Both the position numbers and the translations under genes were made by a program. Below are positions 24,811-34,926 of a stretch of 51,980 nucleotides of DNA, piece after piece. The notes below the pieces were generated by a model. It was not told the origin of the DNA. It searched no databases and saw only the letters and a list, made by a program, of their open reading frames with translations. The stretch's first letter is position 1. The number at the start of each line of letters is the position of its first letter. This stretch comes from a virus (Duplodnaviria; Caudoviricetes). The stretch is from positions 1-51,980 of the IMG/VR virus record IMGVR_UViG_3300037755_000190. One strand, given 5' to 3'.

Positions 24811-26883
24811 TCAAGCTGCAACGACCCTGATGACGGCAAAGTTAATCTCGACAGCCTCACCAAGATTGCCAGCCGATACGTTCGTCAGCGTAATGCGGAA
24901 TGACCCAGCCGAAACATCGTCAATACCAATGTGGTAACTATCGAATGACGCTCCACCGCTGATGTTCGGCACGATGACGTCTGTCGCTGCCACGGCGCTA
25001 TTGCTGACTGTGAATCCAACCTCTGCGCCAGCATTGAGCGTGGCGTTATGCATCGTAATCTGCCCGCAGACCTTATTCAGCGTGACGCCGGTCGACTTGC
25101 TTGTCGCCTGAGTGACGGTACCGCCCGCCCCGGCGCCATATCCGAGTCCTCCAAGGGGCGCGCTGGCGGTGACCGCACCATTCTCATCAACCGTAAGACG
25201 AGTGTTTGCGCCGCCTGTCTGAAGCCGTATTTTACCGCCGGCGTGTGTGGCAGAAACAAAGACGCCTTCTGCGCCATCCCAGCTCATCGAAAAACTTGGA
25301 AACGCGGCGATTGCCCTCGCCAACAGCGAGGCTGTCCCAGCATCCGTTTGAAGCTGCCAGCCTGCGGTGGCCGATGCACCAGTATTGACGTTCTTCACTA
25401 GTTGAGCAAAGTCGGAGTTGACGCTATCAACAATATGCGTTGCCCGTATATTGGGCGTCACTACGTTGACGTTAACAGTCCCGTAGGCGGTAAAATTGTT
25501 AGTATCGCCCGTTAGATCGTTGGCATACCTGTGCGAAGCATCGCATTCAATTCGAAGGCCGGATGCGCTCACAATAACACCACTGCCAAGCTCTATTGCC
25601 TTGCCTGTGTTGTCCGTGCCATCTACACACGATATAAGGATGTTGTTAAGTATATATGCAACGCCACTGCCGTTAAGCGATAATGGTACGTGAGCAGTCG
25701 TGCAGTCCACTTGAATGTTGCTCAATGCGCAGCCATAAGTTGTGGACTCGATGGCGTTTGTCATCACGCCGGTTGTTGCCGGGAAATCCCAGAAATGGAC
25801 TTTGTCCGTCTTCCATCCGGCGAGATTGCCGCTGATGCCTTTCTTCGTTCCGAAGATGATGCCGTTGTGAATATGATTGTCTGACGAATCATTCCCGGAA
25901 TAGATGCCGTAGTTGTTCGCTGGCGCGGGAGTCGGAACAGCAGCATCATCAGTCCGCCACAGCCCAAAATCATCAATCATGATCTCGTAACAAGTCGTAA
26001 ACTGACTTGGGTCGCCGATGCGAATGTAAGAGCTTTCTGTTTCGGTCACGCCATCGGTATAGGCTCCTATGGAGCGGATCAGAAAACTGTTGAGGTGGAC
26101 CCCGTTGCCGTCTTTGATCCAGAAGCCCCGGCGAGCCAGATAATCGCCATCCCAGCGCCCGCCTTGCAAGAAGACATTGCGCAAGCGCACACCGCTGGAC
26201 CCCACGCCGGTCTGCAACATTGCGTCCATCGCCGCCCCAGCGAAGATTCGAACCTGCGGGTCGCAAACGATGTTAACATTCGGCTTCCATGTCAGGGCCG
26301 AGTTGATCTTATAGCTGTTCCCCAGCCAAGTGGACGGGATATGGATCGTCGAGCGCGCAGTCGTAACCGAGGCTGCAAAGTCGATTGCGGCTTGGATCGC
26401 CGCGGCACTGTCATTCGCCCCAGTTGAATCCGCGCCGAAATCAGTGACGGAGATCGTATCGCTGTTCTTGGAATGCATCGTGCGTGCAACGACGCCGGTT
26501 CCCGTTGGCTTGAAATGGGACATCGGCACGACATTGCCGGCCGAGTCCTTCATGGACAGCGTGGTGACGCCACTTTCGTCAACCGCGTACATCCTAGCAG
26601 TATTAGCACTAGGGTTCACCGGAGCGGCGATCTCATCCCAATCGACAAAGCCAGTTACTGTATCCGCCTCAATTATGTCTCCATCGATCAGCAAGTTACC
26701 GACGTTGATAAGATCGTAGCCGTTTAAATCAAGATCGGCCCCCATTGAGTTAGGCGAAGTGCCATCGCGAGACAAAGTATTCTCTATTGCTGTCTCGATA
26801 GCGTCAGAGTTATTATTTATAGTAGTGACAGCGGAGGCTTCATTACTAAGATTAGCAAGATTTGATAGTGTTAATTTAGCCAT
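24811..26883 (-). CDS. tail fibre/tailspike with pectin-lyase-like beta-helix (probable depolymerase)
   Basis: Anchor NTLSRDGTSPNSMGADLDLNG; tailspike neck SVTDFGADSTGANDSAAAIQAAID; beta-helix-like middle; GGTVTQATSKSTGVTLN C-terminal domain. Confidence 0.85.
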   Translation of the reverse strand: MAKLTLSNLANLSNEASAVTTINNNSDAIETAIENTLSRDGTSPNSMGADLDLNGYDLINVGNLLIDGDIIEADTVTGFVDWDEIAAPVNPSANTARMYAVDESGVTTLSMKDSAGNVVPMSHFKPTGTGVVARTMHSKNSDTISVTDFGADSTGANDSAAAIQAAIDFAASVTTARSTIHIPSTWLGNSYKINSALTWKPNVNIVCDPQVRIFAGAAMDAMLQTGVGSSGVRLRNVFLQGGRWDGDYLARRGFWIKDGNGVHLNSFLIRSIGAYTDGVTETESSYIRIGDPSQFTTCYEIMIDDFGLWRTDDAAVPTPAPANNYGIYSGNDSSDNHIHNGIIFGTKKGISGNLAGWKTDKVHFWDFPATTGVMTNAIESTTYGCALSNIQVDCTTAHVPLSLNGSGVAYILNNILISCVDGTDNTGKAIELGSGVIVSASGLRIECDASHRYANDLTGDTNNFTAYGTVNVNVVTPNIRATHIVDSVNSDFAQLVKNVNTGASATAGWQLQTDAGTASLLARAIAAFPSFSMSWDGAEGVFVSATHAGGKIRLQTGGANTRLTVDENGAVTASAPLGGLGYGAGAGGTVTQATSKSTGVTLNKVCGQITMHNATLNAGAEVGFTVSNSAVAATDVIVPNISGGASFDSYHIGIDDVSAGSFRITLTNVSAGNLGEAVEINFAVIRVVAA

Positions 26884-27350
26884 CAGCTTGTGCGTGTGTA
26901 CTCTACTGTTACGTGACAGCTCGCTGCCGTAGAAGAAGCGCCGTCATTGGCTAACTTAATCCACTGGTTTGCTGTCAGAGTGTTATTAGAAACTGGTGTT
27001 AGAGAGTCAACGTCACCCTCAGCCGACCCAGAGTTAGCTACAGTAATAGTTCCCAGTGAACCGCCACCAGTCTTAGTTATGGTGATAATAGAATCGGCTG
27101 CCGTTATAGCGCCAGACAGGACAGTGGTAATCTTTGTGATAGTGCAGGCAAAAGGAGACACAAAGTACAAGTTCTGTGCTGTCGAAATGTCCGTGTAGTG
27201 ATCCGTAAAGGTGCCTTTGTTTCGATTAAAGACAGTCGTCCAAGCGCCACTTGCCGCACCGTCAGCTATGTACTCCTGTCCAGATGTAGCGGAAGCAATG
27301 CCCTTAGGTTCGTGTAAGTCGCCACCAGTTAAAGCAGAGTGTAGAACCAA
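26883..27350 (-). CDS. virion structural protein
   Basis: N-terminus HSALTGGDLHEPKG; T/S-rich beta protein. Confidence 0.75.
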   Translation of the reverse strand: MVLHSALTGGDLHEPKGIASATSGQEYIADGAASGAWTTVFNRNKGTFTDHYTDISTAQNLYFVSPFACTITKITTVLSGAITAADSIITITKTGGGSLGTITVANSGSAEGDVDSLTPVSNNTLTANQWIKLANDGASSTAASCHVTVEYTRTS

Positions 27351-27387
27351 ATTAGTGTACCTTTGGCCTCAAAGAGGCGTTGTAATA

Positions 27388-27410
27388 AGAAAAAGGGGGC
27401 CGTAGCCCCC
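27388..27410 (-). terminator. intrinsic terminator
   Basis: GGGGGC-TACG-GCCCCC-TTTTTCTT on the minus strand. Confidence 0.85.
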
Positions 27411-27413
27411 AGA

Positions 27414-27965
27414 TTAAGCCGTGGTGACGGTGACCACTAAACCCGTTAAATCGATGTCTGTTGAGGCTGCCGTAGTCCCTGTGAAGAGCACGTAAAGTGT
27501 CTCACCTTCCGCCAAGACCTCCGTCAAACCAGTCACCGCCAGATTGCTCGAAGACAGAATAGTGTCTGCCGTAAGTGTACCGACGTTGTCCGTGCCAAGT
27601 TCAGCATCTGTGTTGTCCGCCGCAGCGTTAGTCAGCTTTCGCACAGACATAGTAAGGGTGACGTTGCCGCCAGCGCTTTCGACCTGCCCAGTAGCAGAGA
27701 CAGCCGTAAGAGTCGCCCCGATGTTCAAGCCGGTAATAGGCACGACAAGGGTTGAGCTAGTTTGAGAGGCCGGTAGCGTTGCGTGACAGATATTAGTTCC
27801 TGCCGTGACAACCCAGCCTGCTGTAGCGCCCACCTTTGCGTTGCCGCAGATTGGGATAACCCTTTGAATGCTTTGTGTAATTCGGTCCGTGGCGACTTCT
27901 GCGCAATCTAGGGCAAGCCCCTTGAAGTTCCACGTTTTATTCCTAGCTAGTACAGCCGTTGCCAT
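27414..27965 (-). CDS. virion structural/decoration protein
   Basis: 183-aa T/A/V-rich beta protein downstream of the capsid gene. Confidence 0.7.
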   Translation of the reverse strand: MATAVLARNKTWNFKGLALDCAEVATDRITQSIQRVIPICGNAKVGATAGWVVTAGTNICHATLPASQTSSTLVVPITGLNIGATLTAVSATGQVESAGGNVTLTMSVRKLTNAAADNTDAELGTDNVGTLTADTILSSSNLAVTGLTEVLAEGETLYVLFTGTTAASTDIDLTGLVVTVTTA

Positions 27966-28280
27966 TTAATACTCCAATACTGAAACAACGTTTGTACTGG
28001 CCGCCACAATTCCGTAAATCGCTGCTGTGGTTATCGAACCTTGTAGAGTTAACTTTGTAGCAGTTAGCACGATAGCGCCGGTCGTTGTGGCTACGCCTGA
28101 TCCGCCAATAAAGACAGTGGCACCACCGTTGTTAGAAATTTCTATAAATTTACGATTAGGATTTGCCGCTGAGAGAAGAGTAGCAGTGGTTGCAACGGTC
28201 ACCTGAGTAGCCGTGAACTCATCACTGTTAGTAATTACTCTGTCTTCGCCATCCGGGCTTTTTGCTCCACGTAATACCAT
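27966..28280 (-). CDS. virion structural protein
   Basis: Jelly-roll-like pattern TATLLSAANPNRKFIEISN.G.TVFIG..V...G, AAIYGI. Confidence 0.7.
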   Translation of the reverse strand: MVLRGAKSPDGEDRVITNSDEFTATQVTVATTATLLSAANPNRKFIEISNNGGATVFIGGSGVATTTGAIVLTATKLTLQGSITTAAIYGIVAASTNVVSVLEY

Positions 28281-28285
28281 ATGGT

Positions 28286-28309
28286 AAAGGGGAACTCGAA
28301 GGCTCCCCT
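28286..28309 (-). terminator. weak terminator after the capsid/decoration genes
   Basis: AGGGGAGC-CTTCGA-GTTCCCCT-TT on the minus strand. Confidence 0.55.
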
Positions 28310-28316
28310 ACACTCC

Positions 28317-28832
28317 TTACGGATTGTACCAGTAGATGCGAGCTTTAATGCGCCCCGCGGTGAAGACAGCCGTATTAGCCCCTGCGGTAAAATACCCAGT
28401 GTTGCTAAGAGTCGTGCCAACCAAAGCGCCTACCCCTGCGTGGCCATCAGGAACAGAATCAGCCCCAGCAACAAACTCAATAACAGCCCCGGTATCCGAG
28501 ATGTCTGCAACCGCCAAAGCCGCTACAAAGCCGTTATAATCAAGTTCTGTGGTGCGATCCTGATCGATGAGACCAAAATCCAAGGTGGCCGATCCGCCAG
28601 ACGTTGCACCCGTTTCCACAACAAAGCGGACTCGTTCGATGCGTGCGCCGTTAGGAATCGTGATAGTGTCAGACAAAATAGACTCGGTTGCCGTAGCAAG
28701 AGAATCTAAATCAATCTCAATCTCCACCTCGTGAAGCGCGCCGAGCGTATTGTACTCGCCACCATCAACTACAGTCACCTCGTCAGTGCCATACTTAATG
28801 TAGAGACCGTCATTATTAAACCATGTACCCAT
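28317..28832 (-). CDS. capsid decoration/minor head protein
   Basis: MGTWFNNDGLYIKYG..., IPNGARIE; immediately after the capsid gene with AGGAG SD. Confidence 0.75.
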   Translation of the reverse strand: MGTWFNNDGLYIKYGTDEVTVVDGGEYNTLGALHEVEIEIDLDSLATATESILSDTITIPNGARIERVRFVVETGATSGGSATLDFGLIDQDRTTELDYNGFVAALAVADISDTGAVIEFVAGADSVPDGHAGVGALVGTTLSNTGYFTAGANTAVFTAGRIKARIYWYNP

Positions 28833-28844
28833 TATATTTACTCC

Positions 28845-29789
28845 TTAGACCTGATCAGTATCACTGAGGATCACAACCAAGTTCTCAGGGCGGTACAGTT
28901 TAAAGCCCCAACGAGCGGTCGTAACGTACTCGTCACGCTGGAGGTCTTTATTATACTCTGAGTCAACCCGTGGTGCCTGACGAACCGAGCCAACAAAAGG
29001 CAGGACATCAGGAGCAGCAGAGAAGAATAGGTTGGCAACACCCGTGGTAACAGACAAGCTGTTAATCGTCTCGGCCATGCCTTGCTTGAGGTTCTGACAG
29101 ACGTAAACGTCAAAGCCGTAAATATTCATACGGAACTGCGTTCCAGTCGTCATACCGTCGCGGACAATGCCTTCCCAGCGGGGATTGAAGCTAATGTTAG
29201 TCAGATTGGTTTGTGTGCTAAGTTCATACTCAACCGAGGGGTCAACGATAGCCACAAGGTTAGTCATGGGGACGTTGGCCTTTTCCAAAGCAAAGCGAGC
29301 CTTAGCAAAGTCCTGAGGTGTAATCACCTCGTTCGTGCCTGATGCAACAAAACGATGATTAGCACCGTTTATTGTATTCAGGTTAGATGCCGTTTGGCCG
29401 TCCGGACCCTTAGCCAAGAGATCGACTTCCATCGACTTCATAATAGCGCGAGATTGCTTAGGCACAAAGCTGGAAACAAGGCGGCCCATATAGAACGAAT
29501 CTTGCTTCATCTTATTGTAGATAAAAGTCGCTGAACTCTTATACTTGTCGATAGTAAAGGTGAAGTTACCAGTGTCCATCGCAGTGTATCGGATGGGCTG
29601 GCCCTCTTCGTAGTCGTTCACTTCGGCTTGACCGATGGACGGAATATTGAGAGTGTCGCCATCAGGGAACGGAAGCATATCTACATACTTCATCCCCATA
29701 AGCTCTTCCAACAGCGTTTCCTTGACCTGGGTCGTCCAAAGATTGGATCGGATCAAGTGCTCATTGGCGAGCGTTGAAAAACCAGACAT
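28845..29789 (-). CDS. major capsid protein
   Basis: 314 aa; LIRSNLW, FPDGDTLNIPSIG, DTGNFTFTIDKY and YVTTARWGFKLYRPENL; follows the scaffold gene. Confidence 0.9.
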   Translation of the reverse strand: MSGFSTLANEHLIRSNLWTTQVKETLLEELMGMKYVDMLPFPDGDTLNIPSIGQAEVNDYEEGQPIRYTAMDTGNFTFTIDKYKSSATFIYNKMKQDSFYMGRLVSSFVPKQSRAIMKSMEVDLLAKGPDGQTASNLNTINGANHRFVASGTNEVITPQDFAKARFALEKANVPMTNLVAIVDPSVEYELSTQTNLTNISFNPRWEGIVRDGMTTGTQFRMNIYGFDVYVCQNLKQGMAETINSLSVTTGVANLFFSAAPDVLPFVGSVRQAPRVDSEYNKDLQRDEYVTTARWGFKLYRPENLVVILSDTDQV

Positions 29790-29866
29790 TAATTATGTCT
29801 CCCTGTTAAAAACGCGCAGGGAGGTGTTTCTTCTATGAGCCCCAAAGGGGCGAGTGCTCCGAGGAG

Positions 29867-30583
29867 CTACTTGTAGAAGTCTTCGCCTCTATCGGCGGCA
29901 GCTATGGCGTCTTTGTGCATTTGTAGTTGCACTTCCGATGTCCAATAGTGTGACTTGTCCTTAGCCTTCAAATCCTGGTAGTACTTATAGTTGCGTGTGC
30001 CGGAATTGGGATTGATGCCCATTCGCTCGGTAGACATGCTAGAAGTCGGTGTATTGTAGATGCTGGGGCGAGCCCCAGTTGCACCAACCAGTTCAAGAAG
30101 CGCTTTAGGTGACTGTTTCGCCAGATCGTTGATTGCATCCAAACCTATGCCTAAGTCTGTTGCTTTCTGTCTTAGCCTCGCTTCGTAGTCCGCTCCAAAA
30201 TGATTCTGGAGAGAGCGCTTTGCTTCCGCTAAGTTGTCCTGGGCTGTCTTTGCCGCGTCGCGTTTCGTTATTGTTTGTTCGATTAGTTGCGTAATATCAG
30301 GGGTTGTCGGTCGTTCGCTGCTTGCCTGGTTAGCTTGTGCGCTATTAGCACCTACGCCGGATGATTGGTTCTCTAGCCGCGCTAGCAATTCCTCCATGCG
30401 TTCCCTTGCGTTGAGGTCAGATCGAAGTTCGTCCAGCTCTTTCGTTAGTTTTTCAATAAAGCGGTCTGATTCAATTTTCCCTTGTGCAAGATCATTCGTT
30501 GTCTTGAACTTCTTGCCGTCACCTACGAGTTGGTCTACTGCGTTCGGTGTAGTGTCGTTATTAAATAAGTTCTCTTCGGTCAA
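29867..30583 (-). CDS. capsid scaffolding protein
   Basis: LVGDGKKFKT..DLA.GK.E.D.FIE coiled coil; lies between portal and capsid. Confidence 0.8.
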   Translation of the reverse strand: MTEENLFNNDTTPNAVDQLVGDGKKFKTTNDLAQGKIESDRFIEKLTKELDELRSDLNARERMEELLARLENQSSGVGANSAQANQASSERPTTPDITQLIEQTITKRDAAKTAQDNLAEAKRSLQNHFGADYEARLRQKATDLGIGLDAINDLAKQSPKALLELVGATGARPSIYNTPTSSMSTERMGINPNSGTRNYKYYQDLKAKDKSHYWTSEVQLQMHKDAIAAADRGEDFYK

Positions 30584-30852
30584 TCGAGAAATTCCAATAG
30601 TTGTAGTACTTTGTTAAGTCTTGCTTTCTCACCTAGTCGTGAGGCTTGTTTATAAGTCCAGTTAGGGTTATCAAAATCTGTGGTCGAGACTTCCGCCTTA
30701 TTCAACTGATCTTGTTCGTCCTTTAAGATATCCCTTAGTCTGGAGAGAATAAAACGGCTATTGTATAGCGTTTCTTCAAAACTCTCCTGATCCTTGGGTG
30801 GTAAATGTTGTGTCCAAATAGACGAGGGTCGTTTCCTACGCGGCTTCAGCAA
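30580..30852 (-). CDS. conserved-position hypothetical protein after the portal
   Basis: DFDNPNWTYKQA motif; overlaps the portal stop and scaffold start. Confidence 0.75.
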   Translation of the reverse strand: MLKPRRKRPSSIWTQHLPPKDQESFEETLYNSRFILSRLRDILKDEQDQLNKAEVSTTDFDNPNWTYKQASRLGEKARLNKVLQLLEFLD

Positions 30853-32641
30853 TATCGGCCCCTACAAAGTCGTCTTGTGATAATCCAGATGGTGTGCCTG
30901 CTTCCATCGCTACCGCTTCTTGACTAGACTGCTGTAAGCGTTGAGCGTCGGCCTGTTCGCTAAGTCGGACGTATGGCTGCACAATTTCGTATTCCGTCAA
31001 GTCTAGGAGGTCTTCAAACATCTTAGCTAGCTTGACCGTCGAGAAGTGTGCTTTCATCTCTGGGTCTTGTCCGAGCGCAGACTGAAAGAAGTTATTCAAG
31101 TTTTGTACTAGCTCGGCCCGTTCTGCGAAGTGTCTCGCAGCGACAGGTCTAATGCGGCCATTACCCGTAATGTCGTCAGATGTTAACGTGGTAAAAGTAG
31201 TGACGTTGTACTCTTCGTCTATCACTCGGATAGAGCTAGAGGTCATCAAGCGTCGGCCCTGCTCTAATAGAGCGTTAATCAAGGGCTCTACGAACTGCTC
31301 TTCAAACTGCGATATCTTATTAGTGAAGATACGGGAAGAAGCATTCTCTAAGCGCTGTACTTCATACATGGTCTTTTCGCCCGGAGACCTGAAGCCCATA
31401 GCTTCTTTTGGTGCCCCAGCCATTTCTTCCATGCGCGCTTCGATAGCTTGTATTTCAACGTTGGCCTGCAACACCTGGAAAGGTGGAGCCATCATCTCTA
31501 CATCGCCATCGTCACCTACATAGATACGCTCGAATGGCCCCCATTGAAAATTCTCAACGTGGCCCTTGATCTTGAGCGGCGGGAAGGTGATTAAGTCGAA
31601 TACGTCTGCTTTAAGGTTCTCGATGTGATCGAGGCGGTACTGTAAACCAATTAGATTATCTAACGGACCCATCGCCCATAGGTTGTCTTGTCTCGGCCGC
31701 CATCCCACGTGATAGATAGGGGCGGTCCCGAAGTAAGACTGGTTTGGTGCCTTGTGAATAATCTTGTGGCGGTCTACTACTGAGATTACATGATTGCGAA
31801 GGAACTGCTTAGACTCATAATCGTAAGTGTCGCCATAGAAGGTAAGGACTTCGCAGTAATCGCCCTGTAGGTAGTGTGTGAAGCTTGAGAAGCCGTCCAT
31901 GTTGTAGAAGGCATCTAATGGCTTCGTTTCGCCTACATAACCCTGTACGCTCTCTCTGACGCCCTTAATGTACTCGAAGAGCTTTTCGTACTGCTCTCGG
32001 TTCTCGGGACCAGACTGGCGCTCTAGCATCTCCTTGACTTCACCTAGAGTCATCCAAGAACGGACAATCTTGGGCGTGTTCTCGAAGGAGGCGGCCATGG
32101 GGTTGATGACGATATCTAAAGGCGAGATGCGCTTAATGGAAGGGCCAACATAACCCACCTGCGTCTTGCCACCACCTTCAGTGACTTCAACCGTGTTATC
32201 AATCCACTCGACCGAAGCGAAGGCGTTACCGTAATCGATGTAGTCAAGTATGCATTTGTTTAGTTCTGTCTTAAATACCCGATAGTCAAGTACCCAAGAC
32301 ATATAGTTTTCGATAGCCTCGCGCTTGGCCAGGCCATTAGACTTTTCGTCGTTACCTTCCCACATAAGCCACTTACGCTTGGGGAATAAACTGGCCATAT
32401 AGTTGGCTTGGAGATTGTCTCGGATTTGACACAGCTTAGGAAGGGTCGTCTTGTTTTTCCACGGCAGGGTCGAATTAGTCGTATCCTCTGTGCTGGTAGC
32501 ATAGACGTACTTACGGACTTCTTCTTTTGCCAGTATCCAGGGAGCCCTAAGGGTATTCCATTCTTGCCAGAACTGCGCTATGCGACAACCTAGCTGATCC
32601 TCCGAGATAATGTCTTTTAGGTCTAATACGCGCCCGGCCAT
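30836..32641 (-). CDS. portal (head-tail connector) protein
   Basis: 601 aa; LPWKNKTTLPKLCQIRDNL, DYIDYGNAF, RISPLDIV and GAPKEAMGFRSPGEKT; follows the terminase. Confidence 0.9.
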   Translation of the reverse strand: MAGRVLDLKDIISEDQLGCRIAQFWQEWNTLRAPWILAKEEVRKYVYATSTEDTTNSTLPWKNKTTLPKLCQIRDNLQANYMASLFPKRKWLMWEGNDEKSNGLAKREAIENYMSWVLDYRVFKTELNKCILDYIDYGNAFASVEWIDNTVEVTEGGGKTQVGYVGPSIKRISPLDIVINPMAASFENTPKIVRSWMTLGEVKEMLERQSGPENREQYEKLFEYIKGVRESVQGYVGETKPLDAFYNMDGFSSFTHYLQGDYCEVLTFYGDTYDYESKQFLRNHVISVVDRHKIIHKAPNQSYFGTAPIYHVGWRPRQDNLWAMGPLDNLIGLQYRLDHIENLKADVFDLITFPPLKIKGHVENFQWGPFERIYVGDDGDVEMMAPPFQVLQANVEIQAIEARMEEMAGAPKEAMGFRSPGEKTMYEVQRLENASSRIFTNKISQFEEQFVEPLINALLEQGRRLMTSSSIRVIDEEYNVTTFTTLTSDDITGNGRIRPVAARHFAERAELVQNLNNFFQSALGQDPEMKAHFSTVKLAKMFEDLLDLTEYEIVQPYVRLSEQADAQRLQQSSQEAVAMEAGTPSGLSQDDFVGADIAEAA

Positions 32642-34218
32642 TAGACAACGCCACCAAATCTAGCGTGTGTGCCGTACCTGTTATTAAAGGCCGTAAACCC
32701 TTGGGCATCGCCTGTCGGCGCTACACAGACATCAATACAAGAAGCGAGAGCATCCTTTACGTCGTCATGAACTGGTTTAGCTAAGATCAACTCTTCTTCC
32801 AATACGTTGCAATTACCTCCACGATAGTGCCAAATCTGATTGCTAGAGTACTTGGGGTGCAGAATAGCATCTACCCGTTCCTCTTTTGAACCCAGCACAC
32901 GAGAAGGGTTGTACTCATCTACAGACAGAGCCAGGCCGTGCGGTTTGATGTAGTCGTTCTTAAGACTTGAGACAATGACCTTCTGAGCAACTGAAACCTC
33001 GCATCGTATTTTACGAAAGCCCCATTTCTGGTGGAGGTATAGTATGTGCTCGAAGTATTCTGGTATGCGATCGGACTTAAATCTATCTATGTCTAAAATG
33101 TAGTAGTTTCGTTCTGAGTCAACACCCACCACTACGATAGCCGTATAGTCCGCCTTCTTCTTTAGTGAGTAGGCAAAATCAACTGAGGCAAAGACATTAA
33201 GCTTAGCGGTCTTAAATCTAAGCGTACCGTCAATTCGTTTGAGGAACTTAGGATCGTAATATTGAAACTGGTCCCGCTTAATCTTGGCTGTTTCGTAGTC
33301 TGATGGATCGTTATAGTACTGGGCTCGGAACTGGATAGGATCTAAGTACTGTGCCCGTTTTCTAGCTAAAGCCTCTTTGTCAAAGCCATAGATTGATCCG
33401 TCTATTTGTCTTTCTCTGGGCCATAAGAACTGTCCGGTGCCATCGCCTCGATCCTCAACTTTGCGCTCGAACTTTTCGTAAAGGGGTTCGTAGCCAGAGA
33501 TATCTTCGTGTTCGTCGTATAGTTCGACAGCCATCTCGGTTAGATCGTTGTAAAGGTCTCTGGGATGATAGCGAGTACCAACAACCCATTCCTTTGAATC
33601 AGCGCCCTCGATGGAAGACAGAAGAGAGTATTGTAGTTTAACTCGTTCTCGGCCCTCATCAGTGTAGGCGTTATCCATAACAACAACGTCATCTAGGACA
33701 GCAATGTCGCAGTGCATACCCACAATAGTTGAGGTCAGACCGGCTGAGAAGAGCGTGGGGTCGCGGATCATATCCGCCTTGCGCTTGGGGTGATCTACGC
33801 AGAATTCGGTTTGAGTCCACCGCTCGCGCTTAGATTCTTCAGCATCCACCATCTCCGGCCAGTAGTATTTGTAGGCGTCAGAGAGGAGGATATTCTTAAT
33901 GAAACCGACCTGCCGTGTTGCGAGGTTGGCTGTGGAACTGATGTAGAGAATACGGATGGAGGGGTTGCGTGTGATCTCCCAAGCCACACGATAGGCGATC
34001 ATTGCCGACTTTTGGTGGTCGCGGGGGAGTAGGGTTAACTGGTGACGCTTGCCTTCCGGTCGTGTCCACCAAGCCAGTAGTTCGCGATGGACAGAGCCAA
34101 GAATGCGTCGAGGGTGAATCAGCTTTATGAAGGTCTCTAGGTCCGCTTCTGCGGCAGCCTTGACTTGTTCGTACTGATCTTTTTGCTTAGGACTTAATAC
34201 AGTTTTATTAAACGACAC
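32641..34218 (-). CDS. terL: terminase large subunit
   Basis: Walker A-like LPRDHQKS, Walker B IAVLDD, VVGTRYH, RNase H-like VDFA...DYTA...HDDVKDAL. Confidence 0.93.
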   Translation of the reverse strand: MSFNKTVLSPKQKDQYEQVKAAAEADLETFIKLIHPRRILGSVHRELLAWWTRPEGKRHQLTLLPRDHQKSAMIAYRVAWEITRNPSIRILYISSTANLATRQVGFIKNILLSDAYKYYWPEMVDAEESKRERWTQTEFCVDHPKRKADMIRDPTLFSAGLTSTIVGMHCDIAVLDDVVVMDNAYTDEGRERVKLQYSLLSSIEGADSKEWVVGTRYHPRDLYNDLTEMAVELYDEHEDISGYEPLYEKFERKVEDRGDGTGQFLWPRERQIDGSIYGFDKEALARKRAQYLDPIQFRAQYYNDPSDYETAKIKRDQFQYYDPKFLKRIDGTLRFKTAKLNVFASVDFAYSLKKKADYTAIVVVGVDSERNYYILDIDRFKSDRIPEYFEHILYLHQKWGFRKIRCEVSVAQKVIVSSLKNDYIKPHGLALSVDEYNPSRVLGSKEERVDAILHPKYSSNQIWHYRGGNCNVLEEELILAKPVHDDVKDALASCIDVCVAPTGDAQGFTAFNNRYGTHARFGGVV

Positions 34219-34427
34219 AAATAATCTACTAAAGCACCTAGAGTAGCAGCGGCGGTAAGTAACCAGAGTAGATATGTTTTACCGTAGCGAGCTTCTGTTA
34301 CGAATTCATTTACGGCTTTCATCTCTGATCTTAGTAGCCGGATTTCTTCTTTGAGATCTTTTTGGCCTTCCCCGAGGTGGCGGACTTCGACTTTGAGCGC
34401 TTCGACTTCACGATCCAATGTCACCAA
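34194..34427 (-). CDS. coiled-coil protein with C-terminal TM (XhlA/holin-like)
   Basis: Heptad repeat followed by a hydrophobic helix. Confidence 0.65.
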   Translation of the reverse strand: MVTLDREVEALKVEVRHLGEGQKDLKEEIRLLRSEMKAVNEFVTEARYGKTYLLWLLTAAATLGALVDYLCRLIKLY

Positions 34428-34926
34428 TAACGCCTAGTCGATTAAAGTCATCTAGCACTCGGGAGTTGTCTGTTATCATACGTTCTGCTGCCCTTTTGAT
34501 ACTGTCTTTGCTTGGTCGTCCCACGGGATCTTTCACTTTGTCTGTCCAACCCTTTTCGAGGAGGTATTTGTTTGCTGCGAAGGATTCCTTGCGTCCTGCT
34601 CGGGCTTCGCTGATAATGTGGTAGAGGGCTTCGGATTCTAACTTCAGTTGCAACTCTTGACGCCACCGCTGGACGTAAGGTTGGAACCAGCTTAGATCAC
34701 AGAGTTGGACCCAGTGTTCCCAGTCCGCTAGGTACTTCTGTACAAAGCGGTATTCCTTGGGGTCGTCTTCAGCCATGTATAACTTGTAGAGGCTGGGGTA
34801 GCCCTTGTGGTCACCGTTCTTGAGTGTGTAGACGACAGTGGACTTATCCGCATAGGTGGTCTCATAGAACAGGCTCTTAGTGTACCGAGCACCGCTATCG
34901 TTCGTAAATTTGCTTATCGCTGGCAC
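34408..34926 (-). CDS. putative terminase small subunit
   Basis: First late gene; TKSLFYE, SLYKLYM..DPKEY.F, W..EL..KL.S.AL, A.KYLLEKGW and VGRPSK. Confidence 0.65.
   Translation of the reverse strand: MPAISKFTNDSGARYTKSLFYETTYADKSTVVYTLKNGDHKGYPSLYKLYMAEDDPKEYRFVQKYLADWEHWVQLCDLSWFQPYVQRWRQELQLKLESEALYHIISEARAGRKESFAANKYLLEKGWTDKVKDPVGRPSKDSIKRAAERMITDNSRVLDDFNRLGVIGDIGS

Noticed and set aside
25048-26727. Many overlapping alternative-frame ORFs inside the tail fibre gene
   Set aside because: Expected by-product of GC-rich codon usage; no SDs or recognisable motifs.
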